A stretch of 32,000 bases of DNA from an uncultured Chloroflexia bacterium (GTDB lineage: Bacteria > Chloroflexota > Ktedonobacteria > Ktedonobacterales > JADMIN01). The notes beneath the pieces were generated by a model that was not told the DNA's origin, did not search any database, and was given only the letters and a program-made list of their open reading frames with translations. Both the position numbers and the translations under genes were made by a program. The stretch covers positions 60,001-92,000 of the forward strand of contig CAVRAI010000015.1 in the NCBI GenBank assembly GCA_963718915.1, in the 5' to 3' direction. Shown one piece after another: positions 16,752 to 25,343 of the stretch (the stretch's first letter is position 1; every line of letters starts with the position of its first letter).

Positions 16752-17729
16752 ATGGCTCGGTCTGGAGACACTGCGGCGTCGGCTAGCGGCTCTGGCGCTC
16801 GTCCCACCAGCATTCTGGCAGTGGTGGCGCTCTCAGTTGTTCTGGTCGCGGCGCTGGTGGGTGTCGATGTCCTTGTGTTGAGCAGGAACAATCCCGCGCA
16901 GGCGGTCAGCCCGCACTATTACATGGCGCTGGGCGATTCGCTCTCGTTCGGCTACCAGCCCAATCTCGACTTTAGCGCGGGCTTCGCCGACGATATCTTC
17001 AATGATCTGCATTTCATCGATGTCACTGGCATCGTGAACTATGCCTGCGCGGGAGAGACGACGGACACGTTCATCCACGGCGGATGCGTGGCGCGGTTCG
17101 CTCATCACGGCTCGTATACCGGAGCGCAACTCACGGCGGCGGTGGACTTCCTGAAGAAAGAGGCCAATCGCGGCCATGTCAGCCCGATTACTCTGGAGAT
17201 TGGCTCGAACGATGTGATACCCGACTGGGATCAGTTCACCTGCACTGCCAGTCCCAATGCGGATATCGATCTCGCCCACATGGATGACAATCTGACGCAG
17301 GTGATCCTGCCGCAGCTGCTCGATGCGCTGCAAAGCCGCACGAACGCGAATAATGGCGACCTGCACCTGCTGAACTATTACAACCCCTACGCCAAAGAGT
17401 GTCCGGACTCCGCGCAATTCGTGCATACGCTGAACGATCATCTCGCGGCGGATGCGGCGCAGTTCAAGATCCCGGTGGTCGATATCTATGGGGCGTTTGG
17501 CGGTGATAAGGACATGGCGAGTCATATCTGCGACTACACCTGGATCTGCGATTCGCGATTCCACGACGTCCACCCAACGAACACTGGCTACACGATTATT
17601 GCCAAAGCGGTAGAGCTGGCGCTGGGGCTGCCTGGCATGGGTCCGCTGCCAGGCATGGGCGCGCCCGCGGGCGTTCGATCCGCGCCGGAAGCGGCCTTCT
17701 GGCGGGGGACAGCGGCAGGGGCCGTATGA
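16752..17729 (+). CDS. secreted or membrane-anchored SGNH/GDSL hydrolase
   Basis: N-terminal hydrophobic anchor. Block I ALGDSLSFG, block II ACAGETT, block III IGSNDV, block V DVHPTNTG (DxxH). Confidence 0.85.
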   Translation: MARSGDTAASASGSGARPTSILAVVALSVVLVAALVGVDVLVLSRNNPAQAVSPHYYMALGDSLSFGYQPNLDFSAGFADDIFNDLHFIDVTGIVNYACAGETTDTFIHGGCVARFAHHGSYTGAQLTAAVDFLKKEANRGHVSPITLEIGSNDVIPDWDQFTCTASPNADIDLAHMDDNLTQVILPQLLDALQSRTNANNGDLHLLNYYNPYAKECPDSAQFVHTLNDHLAADAAQFKIPVVDIYGAFGGDKDMASHICDYTWICDSRFHDVHPTNTGYTIIAKAVELALGLPGMGPLPGMGAPAGVRSAPEAAFWRGTAAGAV

Positions 17730-17810
17730 ATACGACAAGCGCACGGAGCGTCTGTATTCCTAAGTGTGGCGCCGATCAGCAGAGAACAGTAGAGCGAATG
17801 GGAGACGGAG

Positions 17811-18218
17811 ATGCGTAACTTGAAGTCGGGCCAGAGTGACATTATCCGGTTGATCGTGCTGGGCGTGCTGGTCATCCTCGAAGGGCTGGCGATGGTCAGC
17901 ACCGTACTCGACATCGTTTTCCTGCCGTTCGGCGTCGTCTACCCCAGTTTCGCCTCGGTGGCAATCCTGATTCTGCCGATTCTTGTTGGGCTGGTAGCGC
18001 AGCGATTCGCGGTGGCAATCGTGCTGACGGTGCTGCCACTCCTCGTCCTTGCCGTGGTCTACACCGCCGCCTTCGCGCCCGTCTGGAACATCGATCTCTT
18101 CCAGTTGGGGGTGCTGGCGGGCCGTGTGGCGGGCGCGCTCTTCCTGCTCGGCGGCCTGGGCTATTTCGGCTGGCTGCTACGGCGCATCTTCCTGCGCGGA
18201 TCCACGTCAAAGGGCTGA
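17811..18218 (+). CDS. hypothetical 4-TM membrane protein
   Basis: 135 aa with RBS GGAGACGGAG upstream. Four hydrophobic helices. Family not recognised. Confidence 0.6.
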   Translation: MRNLKSGQSDIIRLIVLGVLVILEGLAMVSTVLDIVFLPFGVVYPSFASVAILILPILVGLVAQRFAVAIVLTVLPLLVLAVVYTAAFAPVWNIDLFQLGVLAGRVAGALFLLGGLGYFGWLLRRIFLRGSTSKG

Positions 18219-18246
18219 TTATTCATCGGTCAGCGAGGCGCAGCGC

Positions 18247-18651
18247 TCAGGGGCGGATTGATACAACACGAATGGATGTCACTCGACTCAATGGTGAGGT
18301 GGGACGTTCGGCGGTGATAAGCTCGGCTGCTCCGGTCGTCTCAGCCGCCGCGATGTGGAGGGCGTCAACAGCGCTGAGTCCGAACGCTTCAGCATGTCGC
18401 ATTGCCAGGCGAACCAACGCCCTCGTAATGGGCGCTGACTGAGCCGCCGTAGCGAAAAATGCGTTGTAGAATGCGACCTCGATCAGCCGCCGCTGGAATG
18501 TCGGCTTCGGCAACACTTCCAGACGCACAAACTCACTGGTGACGAATTCGCGATTCGCATCATTGAGAATAGCAAGCGCGGAAGTGGCGATGGCGCTTGA
18601 ACCGCGAAATGCCTCAATCAGCACGCCAGAATCTACAAACGTTCGGATCAT
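18247..18651 (-). CDS. vapC: PIN-domain toxin (VapC-like)
   Basis: 134 aa. FVDSGVLIEA (first acidic residue), SEFVRLEV, LSAVDALHIAAAETTGAAELITAE. Its start overlaps the upstream antitoxin stop by 4 nt (ATGA). Confidence 0.85.
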   Translation of the reverse strand: MIRTFVDSGVLIEAFRGSSAIATSALAILNDANREFVTSEFVRLEVLPKPTFQRRLIEVAFYNAFFATAAQSAPITRALVRLAMRHAEAFGLSAVDALHIAAAETTGAAELITAERPTSPLSRVTSIRVVSIRP

Positions 18652-19103
18652 GCGTCTGCATCCGGGAAAACTCCACCGCGACGTTCGGCAATCTCCGCAT
18701 CCAACGCTTCCCAGGTCGTGAGAAGTGGCTCGCCAGCAGCGATGGCCTGCGCCCGTAGCTCGATCAGCCGCCTTCCTAGCGGTGAGAGGTGGGCAGGGTC
18801 TAGTCCCAGACGACGGGCTTCCTCATCCGTTTGCCTGGTCCTCTCCTCATCGCTTTTAGCCTCAGCAGCAAGCGCTATTGGTTCGCTCGTTCTCTGCGCC
18901 GCGTATTCCAGGGCCGCCTGTACGTCCTCGATGCTCACGCCATGCTCCTGGGCGACATCATGTAGGCTTTTGCCAGCGGCGACCTCTGAGACAACCAAAC
19001 TCACTGGAACGGATGTACCCTCGATGACTGGCTGCCCGGCGAGTACACGCGCATCCGCTGAAATACGAGGGTATAACTGAATGGTCATCGGATTCTCCAT
19101 CAA
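18648..19103 (-). CDS. DUF433-type antitoxin with C-terminal extension
   Basis: RISADARVLAGQPVIEGTSVPVSLVVSEVAAGKSLHDVAQEHGVSIEDVQAALEYAA matches the DUF433 pattern. It is translationally coupled to the PIN gene. The start could instead be ATG 19088 (MTIQLY), which has GGAGAA upstream. Confidence 0.8.
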   Translation of the reverse strand: MMENPMTIQLYPRISADARVLAGQPVIEGTSVPVSLVVSEVAAGKSLHDVAQEHGVSIEDVQAALEYAAQRTSEPIALAAEAKSDEERTRQTDEEARRLGLDPAHLSPLGRRLIELRAQAIAAGEPLLTTWEALDAEIAERRGGVFPDADA

Positions 19104-19174
19104 CGCCGGTACTGGCGATATTCGCCATCTGCCTCATCATTATATGCGCGGCGCATAAACCAGGTGTCAATAGG

Positions 19175-19525
19175 CTACTCATCCGTCAGCGAGGCGCGGC
19201 GGTCGCGTTTGCGTCCCCCGGCGCGGCGCTTCTCGTCCAGGCGGCGCTCGCGGCTGGCGGCGCTGGGCTTCGTGGGAACACGCGGCTCGACGACACGCTG
19301 CATCTCCTCCAGTTTGGCGGCCATGCGCTCGTAGGCGGCCTCACGGTTGGCATACTGCGAGCGCCGCTCGGTCGCGGTGACGACGATGCCTGTGGGGCGG
19401 TGTGTCATCCGCACGCCCGTCTCCACCTTGTTGCGATGCTGGCCGCCCGGGCCCGTCGCGATGAAATACTGGATATCGCAGTCGCGCTCAAGGGACGCGC
19501 GATCAGTTGGATACACGTCAGCCAC
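19175..19525 (-). CDS. arfB: GGQ-domain peptidyl-tRNA hydrolase (ArfB-like / RF-1 domain protein)
   Basis: 116 aa. ATGPGGQHRNKVETGVRMTHRPTGIVVTATERRSQYANRE carries the class-I release-factor GGQ motif. The C-terminal tail is basic (RRLDEKRRAGGRKRDRR). Confidence 0.8.
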   Translation of the reverse strand: MADVYPTDRASLERDCDIQYFIATGPGGQHRNKVETGVRMTHRPTGIVVTATERRSQYANREAAYERMAAKLEEMQRVVEPRVPTKPSAASRERRLDEKRRAGGRKRDRRASLTDE

Positions 19526-19626
19526 AGTTGCCCACTCACTTCGTCAGATAGCCACACATCGTATTCGTCGCACAGCATACCATGCCGCGCGAGGGGCAAA
19601 CCGTAGCGTTGTGGGAGAACTGACGG

Positions 19627-21804
19627 CTATTGCTTTATCGCAGGGCGCGTAACCCACATGCGAAGCGAGCCGCTAATACCCAGCCCAAACAAAGCGCCAC
19701 CAATGCTGGCGATGGCCCACGGAGCGAGTAGGAATGATTCGACGCCGAGGAGGTTGCTCCACAGAATGAGGCTTGCCACTAATACAACACCCGTTACCAG
19801 CAGCACGCTCACAAACCGTCGATTCGACATCCTGCCGACACTGGCAAGGAATGCAAGGACGGCCGCGCTGAGGAATCCGCCCACAGGCCAACTCCAGAGG
19901 TAGATCACCGCCCCAAGCACGAAGCCTGCTACGAATCCCACGAGCGCGCCTTCGATCAGCCTGGACCCAAATAACGCCACTCGCCTTGATCGCACTGCGC
20001 GTGGGGGACGTCTGAAGATCCGGTAGCCGAAGATGGGGCCACCTAACCCGAGTAACGCGCCAGGAAGCGCCCAGAGCAGACCAAGAAGCAGCGCGAAACC
20101 CAGTAATGGCCCTTCTGCACCCGCGTTTCGTTGGGCGCTATGATAGAGGTCTGTTGCAGTACCAACATCGACCTGCGGGCATGCGCTGCTGTCCGTCGCC
20201 TGTCCGCAGGTATACCACATTGCGTGCGAATTACCAAGCTGATCAGTGAAAATGCAAACTGTATTGCTTGGAGCGCCCACAAATGACATGTCACCGCAGT
20301 AGATATCAGCGTCCGCTAGTTGCAGGATTTCGTTCTGGGAATATACGGGAGAGCTGCTGGTGACATCAGGATATATCGGGGCGAAGAAATCCGCATGGGA
20401 GTGATAGCGCTGCCCGGTGAATGGGTCGGAGTAGTAGAAGAACGGCAATGAGAGCAGGGAGGGCTCGTCGAGTCCTAAGCGTGTCTCACCTCCTACGAGA
20501 GGTCGCGCGTAAGCGACGCCCATGGTCAGCAACATGGCTAGAAGAATAACGAGCGCGAATGCCACAGGGTGAGCCGCCTGGCGAACGCCAAGTCCAAAAC
20601 TTAACAACGCGAAGAAGAGCGCCACAACGCCAACAGCAATGATCGCGCCTGTGATGTAGCCTATTATCACACCGACTCCAAGCACGCTACCGAAGACGCA
20701 GAGTAGCACCACTCCAAGGGAGAGATGGAGGTAATCGTGGCGGAACGTGGGGCGACGTGCCTTGCGGTCGGCAAGTTTTGCTGACAATTCGTCACTTTTG
20801 GCCTGGCGTTGTTGTTGCGCCTGCACGTCGCGATAACTCGGGGGCACAGTGATGCCCAGCCCCGGCGCGATACCTGCCGGATCACCATAGTATTTCGCGC
20901 GCGACCACAGCAGCTTGAGTTGGTAGCGCGCCGCCTCCTGGTCGCCTTTCGCCGCTAGTTCGCGAGCGATGTCATATTGCTCCGCATGCGTGCGATTTGT
21001 CTGGGCGATGTCAAGCTGCGTCTGCGCATCGGCGTTGTCCGGCTCTAGCGCCAATATACCCTGCCACGCGGCAATCTCCTGCGCCCACTCGCCATGCGCC
21101 CGCGCCGCATCCGCCGTCTCGCGCAAACGACGCAGGCGGATGGGCGTTAGCCGCGGACGAATCGCCTCCATCTCGGAGGCAACGGTGCCATCAAGATAGT
21201 TTGGGTCGCGCTCGAGGATCTGATCCCAGAAGATAGCAGTGCGCTCCAGGTCGTCGCGGGCGCGCGCCGCCAGTCCAGCAGTATATAGCTCGCGGAGGGC
21301 GGTTTCAGGTGGCTGTGTCAGCGGATTTGTTGGGGCCGCGACCAGCGCATCAGGTGTACTGACGCCTGCTGGGTTGGTCTGCGCCATCGCATCGTCTGGT
21401 ATCGGCGCCTCGCGCATCAGCGCGATTAGCAATTGCTTGATGCCCTCGTCGTAGTCGTTCTGGAAGTCTACCCACTGGATCATGGGTAGATCCATTGGCA
21501 CAGTGGGGCAGGGAAGCAGCAGGGCGGGAATAAGCGGTTTGCCGATACGTCGCGCATAGCGATATTCCATGCGCACATAGTCAGACTCGATGGCTGCGGG
21601 CGAGAGCACGAGCACCTGCCTCTGGCAGCTATCAATCGCGTGTTGAATCTCGTCCAGCCAATCCTCGCCGCCTTCGAGCCGCCGCCGGTCAACCCACGTG
21701 CCGAAGCCACGCGCGAGTAGGCTCGCCTCCAGGCGATCCACAAACTCCGAATCCGTCCGGGAGTAGCTGATGAAGACCTTGATAGCTTCTTCTGCGGATG
21801 CCAT
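19627..21804 (-). CDS. TIR domain - TPR-like repeats - polytopic membrane domain fusion protein
   Basis: 725 aa. The N-terminus KVFISYSRTDSEFVDRLEASLLARGFGTWVDRRRLEGGEDWLDEIQHAIDSCQRQVLVLSPAAIESDYVRMEYRYA fits the TIR_2 pattern. Residues ~170-330 are TPR-like (..WDQILERDPNYLDG.., ..WQGILALEPDNADAQ..). Residues ~355-725 hold about 8 hydrophobic helices split by a ~110-aa loop with 4 Cys. Confidence 0.85.
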   Translation of the reverse strand: MASAEEAIKVFISYSRTDSEFVDRLEASLLARGFGTWVDRRRLEGGEDWLDEIQHAIDSCQRQVLVLSPAAIESDYVRMEYRYARRIGKPLIPALLLPCPTVPMDLPMIQWVDFQNDYDEGIKQLLIALMREAPIPDDAMAQTNPAGVSTPDALVAAPTNPLTQPPETALRELYTAGLAARARDDLERTAIFWDQILERDPNYLDGTVASEMEAIRPRLTPIRLRRLRETADAARAHGEWAQEIAAWQGILALEPDNADAQTQLDIAQTNRTHAEQYDIARELAAKGDQEAARYQLKLLWSRAKYYGDPAGIAPGLGITVPPSYRDVQAQQQRQAKSDELSAKLADRKARRPTFRHDYLHLSLGVVLLCVFGSVLGVGVIIGYITGAIIAVGVVALFFALLSFGLGVRQAAHPVAFALVILLAMLLTMGVAYARPLVGGETRLGLDEPSLLSLPFFYYSDPFTGQRYHSHADFFAPIYPDVTSSSPVYSQNEILQLADADIYCGDMSFVGAPSNTVCIFTDQLGNSHAMWYTCGQATDSSACPQVDVGTATDLYHSAQRNAGAEGPLLGFALLLGLLWALPGALLGLGGPIFGYRIFRRPPRAVRSRRVALFGSRLIEGALVGFVAGFVLGAVIYLWSWPVGGFLSAAVLAFLASVGRMSNRRFVSVLLVTGVVLVASLILWSNLLGVESFLLAPWAIASIGGALFGLGISGSLRMWVTRPAIKQ

Positions 21805-21901
21805 GTGCCGCTCCCTCTATCGTGCGTCCATAGCGCCACGCCCTGCGCTTATACATGCACGAAAGCGCTAAACCAACTGGCCATGTTAATCGTGTTGCGA
21901 T

Positions 21902-21930
21902 ATTCTAGCATGGAAGCTTTGAACGGTCAA
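21902..21930 (-). promoter_or_regulatory. sigma-70-type promoter candidate for the TIR gene (TTGACC-N17-TAGAAT)
   Basis: On the minus strand: TTGACC (21930-21925), 17-nt spacer, TAGAAT (21907-21902). About 95 nt upstream of ATG 21804, which has a GGGAG RBS. Confidence 0.5.
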
Positions 21931-22014
21931 TAATCCCCTTATTGCTTTTGAGGATGCTATATCGCCTAATGTGCGGAGATTGCCTGCGCAATTACGACCC
22001 ACAATGTGCCCCGC

Positions 22015-22044
22015 TTGACCTTGCCTCGCTCACAGGCATATACT
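22015..22044 (+). promoter_or_regulatory. sigma-70-type promoter candidate for the proS leader (TTGACC-N18-TATACT)
   Basis: TTGACC 22015-22020, 18-nt spacer, TATACT 22039-22044. Confidence 0.5.
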
Positions 22045-22049
22045 GCGCG

Positions 22050-22340
22050 CAACAACAAAAGAGCGCGAAGAAGCTGAAGGGGACCAGTAGCCGTCGAGCG
22101 CGGCAGGCAGAGAGCCGGTCGGGTAGTGCGAGACCGGTGGCCAGCGCGGCGGCGAACCCACTCCTGAGCTGGCGGCGTTGAGCCGTCCCGGTGGCCCACC
22201 GTTATCACGGGCCGCGCATCCCATGATGATGTCTGCCTGTCATCGTGGCGTGCGGCAGAGGGGCCGCGTCTCGCGGCTCGCAAAGGTGGTACCGCAGGTC
22301 TTCAACACCCTGTCCTTGCTTGGACGGGGTGTTTTTTTGT
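22050..22340 (+). promoter_or_regulatory. T-box riboswitch leader, proline specifier (CCC)
   Basis: Stem I elements: AGAGAG (~22103-22108) and distal GGGUAGUGCGAGA. Specifier loop GAA-CCC-A, with the codon at 22157-22159. T-box sequence AAAGGTGGTACCGC at 22283-22296. The leader is followed by a terminator and then proS. Confidence 0.85.
22304..22339 (+). terminator. intrinsic terminator of the T-box leader
   Basis: ACACCCTGTCC (22305-22315) pairs with GGACGGGGTGT (22322-32332 region, i.e. 22322-22332) including one G-U pair. Loop TTGCTT, then a T7 run at 22332-22338. Confidence 0.8.
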
Positions 22341-22386
22341 TGGCATCGTATCGGCAGGGAATGAGAAATGAGAGGAGAGAGCACTC

Positions 22387-24085
22387 ATGCGCATGTCACA
22401 GATGATGTTGCGAACACAGCGGCAGGCCCCGGCAGAGGCTGAGCTGCCGAGCCACCGGCTGATCGTGCGCGCCGGGCTAGCGCGGCGGCTGGCGGCGGGC
22501 ATCTACAGCCTGACTCCGCTGGCGTACCGGGCTATCCGTCGCATCGAGGCCATCGTGCGTGAGGAGATGGAGCGTATCGGTGGCCAGGAGCTACTGTTGC
22601 CGGTCGTGCAACCGGCCGAACTCTGGCGCGAGAGCGGGCGCTACGACGCCATCGGCGGCGAGCTTGCGCGTTTCGACGACGCGAGCGGCCGCGCGATGGT
22701 GCTGGCGATGACGCACGAGGAGTCCGTCACCGACCTGGCGCGCTCGGTCGTCACGTCGTACCGCCAGTTGCCGCAGCTGGTCTTTCAGGTACAGACCAAG
22801 TTCCGCGACGAGCCGCGCCCGCGTGGCGGGCTGATCCGCCTGCGCGAGTTCCTGATGAAGGACGGTTATAGCTTCCACAGCTCACAGGCCGACCTCGACG
22901 CCCTCTATGAGCAGGTCATCGCCGCCTATCAGGCCATCTTCCGCCGGGTCGGGCTGCCGGTGTTGATGGTTGGCGCCGACGTAGGCATCATGGGCGGCTA
23001 TGAGTCGCACGAGTTCATGCTGCTGGCCGATGGTGGCGAGGATACCCTGCTCGTCTGCCCGGACTGTGGCTACGCCGCCAATCAGGAGGTCGCCGTCGCC
23101 GCGCGCGAGATGGTAGCTCAGGACGAGGCGGCGTCGCTCCGTCGGCTGTATACGCCGGGCGCGACCACCATCGCCGCGCTCTGCGAGGCCGCTGGCTGCC
23201 CGGCGAACCAGACGCTCAAGGCGGTCTTCTACACGACAGGCGAGCGGCTGGCGCTGGCGCTGATTCGCGGCGACCGCGAGGTGAACGACGTCAAGCTGCG
23301 CAATCTGCTGGGAGTGAAGATGGTGCGCACGCTCGCGCCGGATGAGTCAGTCGCGTACGGGCTGGTGGCAGGCTACGCCGGGCCGGTCGGGCTGACGCTG
23401 GAGACGCCGATGACGCTGGTCGCCGATGAGTCGGTTGTCGGCGCGACCAACCTGATCGCGGGCGCGAACGAGCCGGACTACCATCTGGCGGGCGTCAACT
23501 ATGGGCGCGACTTCAGCGCCGACCTGAGCGGCGACATCGCCAGCGTGACGGCGGGAGATCGCTGCGCCACCTGCGGCGGGACGCTTGAGACGCGGCGCGG
23601 CATCGAGGCGGCCAACATCTTCAAGCTGGGGTGGAAGTACAGTACGACGATGCACGCCACCTTCCGCGATGAGCAGGGCGAGACGCAGCCGATGGTGATG
23701 GGCTGCTACGGCCTGGGCATCACACGGCTGCTGGCCTGCGTGCTGGAACAACACCACGACGCCGCCGGGATTATCTGGCCGTCGAGCATCGCGCCGTATG
23801 CGTTCTCGCTGCTGGCGGCGGGCAACGACGCGGCGGCGCGCGCGGCTGCCGAGGCGCTCTATACCGACGCTTGGGCAGGAATCCACGCTCTACGATGACC
23901 GTGACCTGAGCGCGGGCGTCAAGCTGACCGACGCCGACCTGCTGGGCATGCCGGTGCGCATCACCGTGAGCGCGCGTTCGCTGGCGGCGGGCGGCGCGGA
24001 GCTGCGGGTGCGCCGGAGCGGCGAGACGCGCATCGTGGCGCTGGCGGATGTACCGGAGGTCGCACGTACGCTGACAGGCGAATAG
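22387..24085 (+). pseudogene. proS: prolyl-tRNA synthetase (bacterial type, ~566 aa), apparent 1-nt frameshift at ~23890
   Basis: MRMSQMMLRTQRQAPAEAELPSHRLIVRAGLARRLAAGIYSLTPL... is a typical ProRS N-terminus. The main ORF stops at 23898 after ..[16 protein letters not shown]. The +1 frame continues [31 protein letters not shown].. (anticodon-binding domain) to TAG 24083-24085. Confidence 0.85.
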
Positions 24086-24171
24086 ACGTTGTATGCGAAT
24101 ACGCAAGCGCCCACCTCCACAACGCGGTGAAGGCGGGCGTCCATCCGAGAGAGGAATTGCGGGGAGATGCT

Positions 24172-24606
24172 TTACGCGGCGGCGCTGGTGGTCTCGACCA
24201 CGACGGAGGAGCTGCGCGCCCGCGCCCGCAGGCCGTGGCTCAGCGAGGTCAGGCCCAGCATCGTGTGGATCAGCGCATAGGGGAGCGCCAGGCTCAACCC
24301 GATGATCGCCGTCTGATCCACCGCGTTTGCCGCGCTGGCATCCGCCGGGACGAGATTGTAGCCCAGGTTGTGCAGCAGACCGAGCAGGCCCACGCCTATG
24401 AATAGCAGGCCAATGATCAGGTCATAGGGGCGCGCGAGCCGCAACCCCAGCCCACCAAAACCGAACAGCACCCCCAGAAAGCCCGTCACCAGGAGCCAGA
24501 TTGCCTCAGAATCGAGCCGTCCGACTGTCCGCCAGAGCACGAGGCTTGAAACTACGCCAAACAGAATAAACCAGAGCCAATAGTGAACACTTCGCACCGA
24601 CAACAT
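24172..24606 (-). CDS. small 4-TM membrane protein, paralog A (possibly DUF4383-like; uncertain)
   Basis: 144 aa. Colinear with the ORF at 25627-26064: SVHYWLWF.LFG...WLL.TG..GV..G..GL..R.ARP.D..IGLLF...G..GLLH..GY..VP...Q TAI.GLSLALPYALIHT.LG.TSLSHGL. Confidence 0.7.
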   Translation of the reverse strand: MLSVRSVHYWLWFILFGVVSSLVLWRTVGRLDSEAIWLLVTGFLGVLFGFGGLGLRLARPYDLIIGLLFIGVGLLGLLHNLGYNLVPADASAANAVDQTAIIGLSLALPYALIHTMLGLTSLSHGLRARARSSSVVVETTSAAA

Positions 24607-24704
24607 TACTCATGCCTCCAAACATACCAGTCACGCATCCCAGCGCCCACCTCAACATCCGGCTCTCGCCGCGTTCTTTCTGATCGCCGTGATTGTGCTG
24701 ATCG

Positions 24705-25253
24705 TCACCCAACATGTGGATGCTCCGCGATCTGTTTGAGCGCGCGCAGATACTTCTCGCCACTATCGATATCGGCGGTCGTATAGGTATCGAGCGCAAT
24801 GGGCAGTGACGCAATGCCAGCCTGCCAGCTTGTCACGACATCGCGAAACGCATCGAGCGCCGACGTGTTCAGATGCAACAGTGACATCGCCCCGCGCGCG
24901 CGATCCAGCGCGCCCAGCAGCAGCGCCAGTGCGCCCGCGCCCATCAGGGCGATAAACCGCGCCAGCGGCAATACCAGGATTTGCACAGCCGCGCGCGTAA
25001 TCTCCGCGGCCCGGATCGCCGCATCCAGCGAGACGCCTTCCAGACTGCCGATTTCGTTGAGCAGGGCATCGCGCCCCATCTCCCGCGCCTTCGATTCCAA
25101 TGCGGGAATCACTTGCGGCGCGGCCAGCGCACCCGCGCCACAAGCGGTGACTGTGGCGGCGGTGGCGAGAAACGCCCTGCGTCCAAGGTGCGGCTTCCGC
25201 TTCCGCTGCTCAGCTACAGGAGTTGCTGCTGGCGTCTCCATCGTGTTGGCCAT
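24705..25253 (-). CDS. hypothetical Tat-signal protein
   Basis: Start at MANTMETP (RBS AAGGAGG). Twin-arginine motif GRRAFLATAATV. Helical and Ala-rich. Family unknown. Probably co-transcribed with 24172-24606. Confidence 0.65.
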   Translation of the reverse strand: MANTMETPAATPVAEQRKRKPHLGRRAFLATAATVTACGAGALAAPQVIPALESKAREMGRDALLNEIGSLEGVSLDAAIRAAEITRAAVQILVLPLARFIALMGAGALALLLGALDRARGAMSLLHLNTSALDAFRDVVTSWQAGIASLPIALDTYTTADIDSGEKYLRALKQIAEHPHVG

Positions 25254-25328
25254 GTCTGCCTCCTTCGCGAACCGGCAGCGTTCCGTGCGTCTCTCAACCA
25301 CACTCTGCCAGTTCGGTACTACAGCCTT

Positions 25329-25343
25329 GCAATAACGATGCCA
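25329..25343 (-). promoter_or_regulatory. sigma-54-type (-24/-12) promoter candidate TGGCAT-N5-TTGC
   Basis: The minus strand reads TGGCATCGTTATTGC, with GG and GC spaced as in the consensus TGGCAC-N5-TTGCW. About 80 nt upstream of ATG 25253. Part of a 26-nt block repeated at 26271-26296. Confidence 0.3.

Noticed and set aside
16833-17744. 303-aa minus-strand ORF
   Set aside because: It is antisense to the SGNH hydrolase gene, which carries all four catalytic blocks. It is a shadow ORF.
21942-22283. Small ORFs (79-105 aa, both strands) upstream of proS
   Set aside because: The region is fully explained by the T-box leader RNA (specifier loop, T-box sequence, terminator). The ORFs have no RBS and atypical composition.
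23870-23900. Programmed ribosomal frameshift as an explanation for the proS break (and likewise the polB and ABC breaks)
   Set aside because: No slippery heptamer or stimulatory structure is evident at any of the sites. Multiple unrelated genes are affected, which fits indel error or mutation better.
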